A stretch of 20,680 nt of DNA from Paraspadella gotoi (taxonomy: Eukaryota; Animalia; Chaetognatha), in assembly GCA_051294375.1 (NCBI GenBank), contig JBJCIZ010001181.1, positions 1 through 20,680 of the forward strand. The letters are read 5' to 3'. This document shows positions 17,861-20,680 of this stretch, piece after piece. Positions within the stretch are counted from its first letter, which is position 1. Every line of letters starts with the position of its first letter. A program made the translations under genes and the position numbers. Under the pieces are notes generated by a model. The model ran no database searches and was not told where the DNA came from. It was given only the letters and a program-made list of their open reading frames with translations.

Positions 17861-19398
17861 GTTTATTGTTTTTCTTTTTTTTATTTCCTGCCTCGTCGTC
17901 TGGCGAGATCACTATTCTTTTAAAAATTTTTTGTCGCCTGGGATGTTGCCGTTTCCGTTATTTTTTCTTCCAAGATGTCGTTTTTGTCATCTCATTATAA
18001 TTAGGAGTCTACGTCGTTCTTAGAAATCGAGGAGACTTTTTCAATTGGAGATTTTCGTTAAAATTCTGACTACCAAATAATGTCAACGCCCCTGGGAAAT
18101 TCAGGTAAAAATCCAGATGTAAAACACGTCGATTCCGATCCTGTTACATCTCAAGGGCTCGCATTATTGTTTTCGTCTGTGGACAATTAACCATCATTTT
18201 GACATCCAAACCATCAGATTCAAAATAGACTGCGTCAGCTCGGGAAAATATTTTTGACGCAATTTTTATATATAAAATAAAGGGATTTCTCAAGCTGTCA
18301 ATAACAATTGTCAACCGCAATTTTAAGGTATGTTGTCATTTTACCAATAAAACTTCAAATTCAGGGAATCCGATAGCAAGTATGTCTGGAAGGGCTTCTC
18401 AAAATTTTTCTTCACAGTTCTTATTTTGGTTTATTTTAACATGATACGATCATGGGTAAAGTGAATTATGTCCATTTTGGTTGAAATTGTTTATTTTAAA
18501 GTAAAAGTTAAAGTGGAGCTAACAAATCGAAGAATTCTAAGAGTTTTCAACCGGGAGTCCAGATTCGGAAAAATCTTATATGGCGAAAATCTTTCCAAAA
18601 GAAAGGGGTTGGATTTTCCGAAGATTTTTGGGTTAATATGTTTCTATATTTATGGGTCGGTTTTTTTGAAAACTTAACAATAAGCAATAGTTCCATCAAT
18701 CTACATGTGTCCGGTCAAAGAATATTATTAAAAAAACCTCTGACTTTTTTTTCGTCCAGAGCTTAGGTCCTATTATAATCTTGGGAGAAAGAGAGAAAGG
18801 ATGTCGCTCCCTTCACTTCCTCCGCAAATGTTTAATTTGACAAAGCCAAGAAATTCCGTTTGCCGTCTCCAGTTTTGTTGGGAACGTCTTTTTTCTTTCT
18901 AGAAATAGATTTTTGTTCTTTTGTTTATTTTCGTCGCTGCGACGACGATTGATCGTCGCAGATCCTACGCCAAGACGCCTGGCGGACTAAGTGTTAAGCG
19001 TTCAAAAAAATACGACAAAAAACAAAAAAGTCCGAAAGAAAAAACAAACAAATAAAAGTGCATCGTAGAAAAAAAAGGTTGTCGCGACGCGTAGGTGGAG
19101 GCAGTGGGATTAATTAAACTTGATTTATAATGCCAAGAAAGTTTCCGTAAAAATGGCGGTGGAAGTGTGGAGATGGTTTATTGCCGAAAAAAAAATGGTT
19201 GCGAAGTCTCAAACTAATATGGACCGTTTCCACGATCGTTAGATATCAACATGATTCTGTTATTCTTGTCCGAACTGAGGATTTTTGATGGCAATCAATT
19301 TTGGAAAGAGAAAAAATTTATCAAGGGGAAAAAAAAAGCGAAAAAAAAGCGAAGAAAAAATGTCGTTTGGAACGCAAATTAATCTTTTTTCCTTCAAT

Positions 19399-19459
19399 TC
19401 TCTCTCTCTCTCGTTCTCTCTCTCGTTCTGTGTCTCGTTTTCCTTCCTTCATTATATAT

Positions 19460-19497
<38 letters not shown>
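19399..19497. repeat. (TC)n followed by (GA)n microsatellites
   Basis: TC run at 19399-19424 and GA run at ~19463-19497. Confidence 0.9.
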
Positions 19498-19499
<2 letters not shown>

Positions 19500-20577
19500 T
19501 TAGAAATAGAAACTAGAGTTTCCTTAACCGCTTAATTTTTCTTAAAACGTCGGTTAACCTTTTAAAAATTGATTTTTTTAATCCGTAAACGGTTAAAATC
19601 GGTTAATTTAGTTTACTTAATTAATAATGTTGAATATATATATGCCATTAAAGCGAAGCAAAAATTAAAAAATTCAAGGTGGAATCAAAATTCGATAGTA
19701 GATCACGGAACAGGCTAATGTACCTGTGAACATTTTTAAATAAAAAAAAGTTAAAATTTTTATTTGTTCAATTTTCGCATATGCCCATATTTATACATAG
19801 TACTCACCATAGAAATGTTAGAAATTTTACAAATGTTTTTTCTTATTTTTTAAAAGGCAAGATGTCGTATGTCGTCACGAAAAATATGATAAAGGAAATA
19901 TAACTCTTTTTATAAAAATTATTTCATTAAAGTGGGGTCAAAATCCTAAAAAAAAACTATTATAATTAACCTAAAATTAAAATTTTAGTCATTAAAAATG
20001 TTATAATTTTTTGAATTTTTTGGCTAACTTAATGAATAGAGTCCCAAGGAAATGATCATTACATTTATGAAGTCCTGATACTTGCAAAGTTTTCTTGTGC
20101 CCAAATTTAGTGGAGAAAACGAATATCACAATAAAAATTCCTGGATGCTCATTTATGTATTTTCCACGCCAGTTTTTGCGTTGAACCACTTTCGGATTAT
20201 AAAAATTCAGGATGTTTTGGAAATAAAAAGCTGTTATTCAGCAGCATACTTAAATTAATCAAATAAAGTTACAATAATCTAATATATATTTTTATTTTAG
20301 TTGTTATAATATAAGAGTTATAATAAAATATTATGTTACAAAGGTAATCAGAGTTAAAACTTTCATATCTATTGCAAATTGGCCTGACCAAACTTACGTT
20401 TTTACGAATTTTAATAAAATGTTTACTATCTGGTTAAACAAAATAGAACTGCTAAGGATTGAAATCTTTAATCTTTTAAACCATAATTGGCTTTAAGATT
20501 ACCAAAGTAATGCAAAAGTAGCGAATTAGATGGAAGGCGGTCTTGGCCTTTGCAGCTAGGAAGAAGCCTCATCACTC

Positions 20578-20664
20578 AAACCCTACCCTAAACAAAACCT
20601 TAAATCTTCTTAATCAGTTTTCCCTGGCTGGGTATCTAACCTAACCCTAGCCCTTAACCCTAAA
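20578..20664. repeat. Degenerate CCCTAA/CCTAA-like repeats
   Basis: AAACCCTACCCTAAAC and CTAACCTAACCCTAGCCCTTAACCCTAAA. Confidence 0.4.
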
Positions 20665-20680
20665 ACATCTCGTCTCTTTT

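Noticed and set aside
19149-19159. YY1/Pho-like motif AAAATGGCGG as evidence of a promoter
   Set aside because: A single short motif with no associated gene.
19522-19610. TTAACCG/CGGTTAA clusters resembling DNA-transposon subterminal repeats
   Set aside because: No terminal inverted repeat pair or TSD could be identified.

Overview
Eukaryotic, AT-rich, transposon-dense window, probably from an invertebrate animal (inferred from the element types). No host gene could be supported. It contains three retroelements. (1) A minus-strand Jockey/I-group LINE (~1.04-6.05 kb) with an intact RRM + 3xCCHC ORF1 and an APE-RT ORF2 whose RT half is riddled with indels. (2) An apparently full-length plus-strand Ty3/Gypsy LTR retrotransposon of the CsRn1-like lineage (~9439-15912) with ~565-bp LTRs, a tRNA-Trp-like PBS, a CHCC Gag, a -1 frameshift signal and an intact PR-RT-RH-IN Pol with a Pro/Arg-rich tail. 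(3) A ~780-bp non-coding TRIM-like element (~16633-17413) with ~265-bp hairpin-rich terminal repeats and a Trp-like PBS. The most striking observation is a 73-nt antisense tRNA-Glu-like Pol III cassette (A box, perfect B box/T arm, T6 terminator) inside the LTR of the autonomous Gypsy element. Many small indels look like long-read or assembly noise, so apparent degeneration should be read cautiously.
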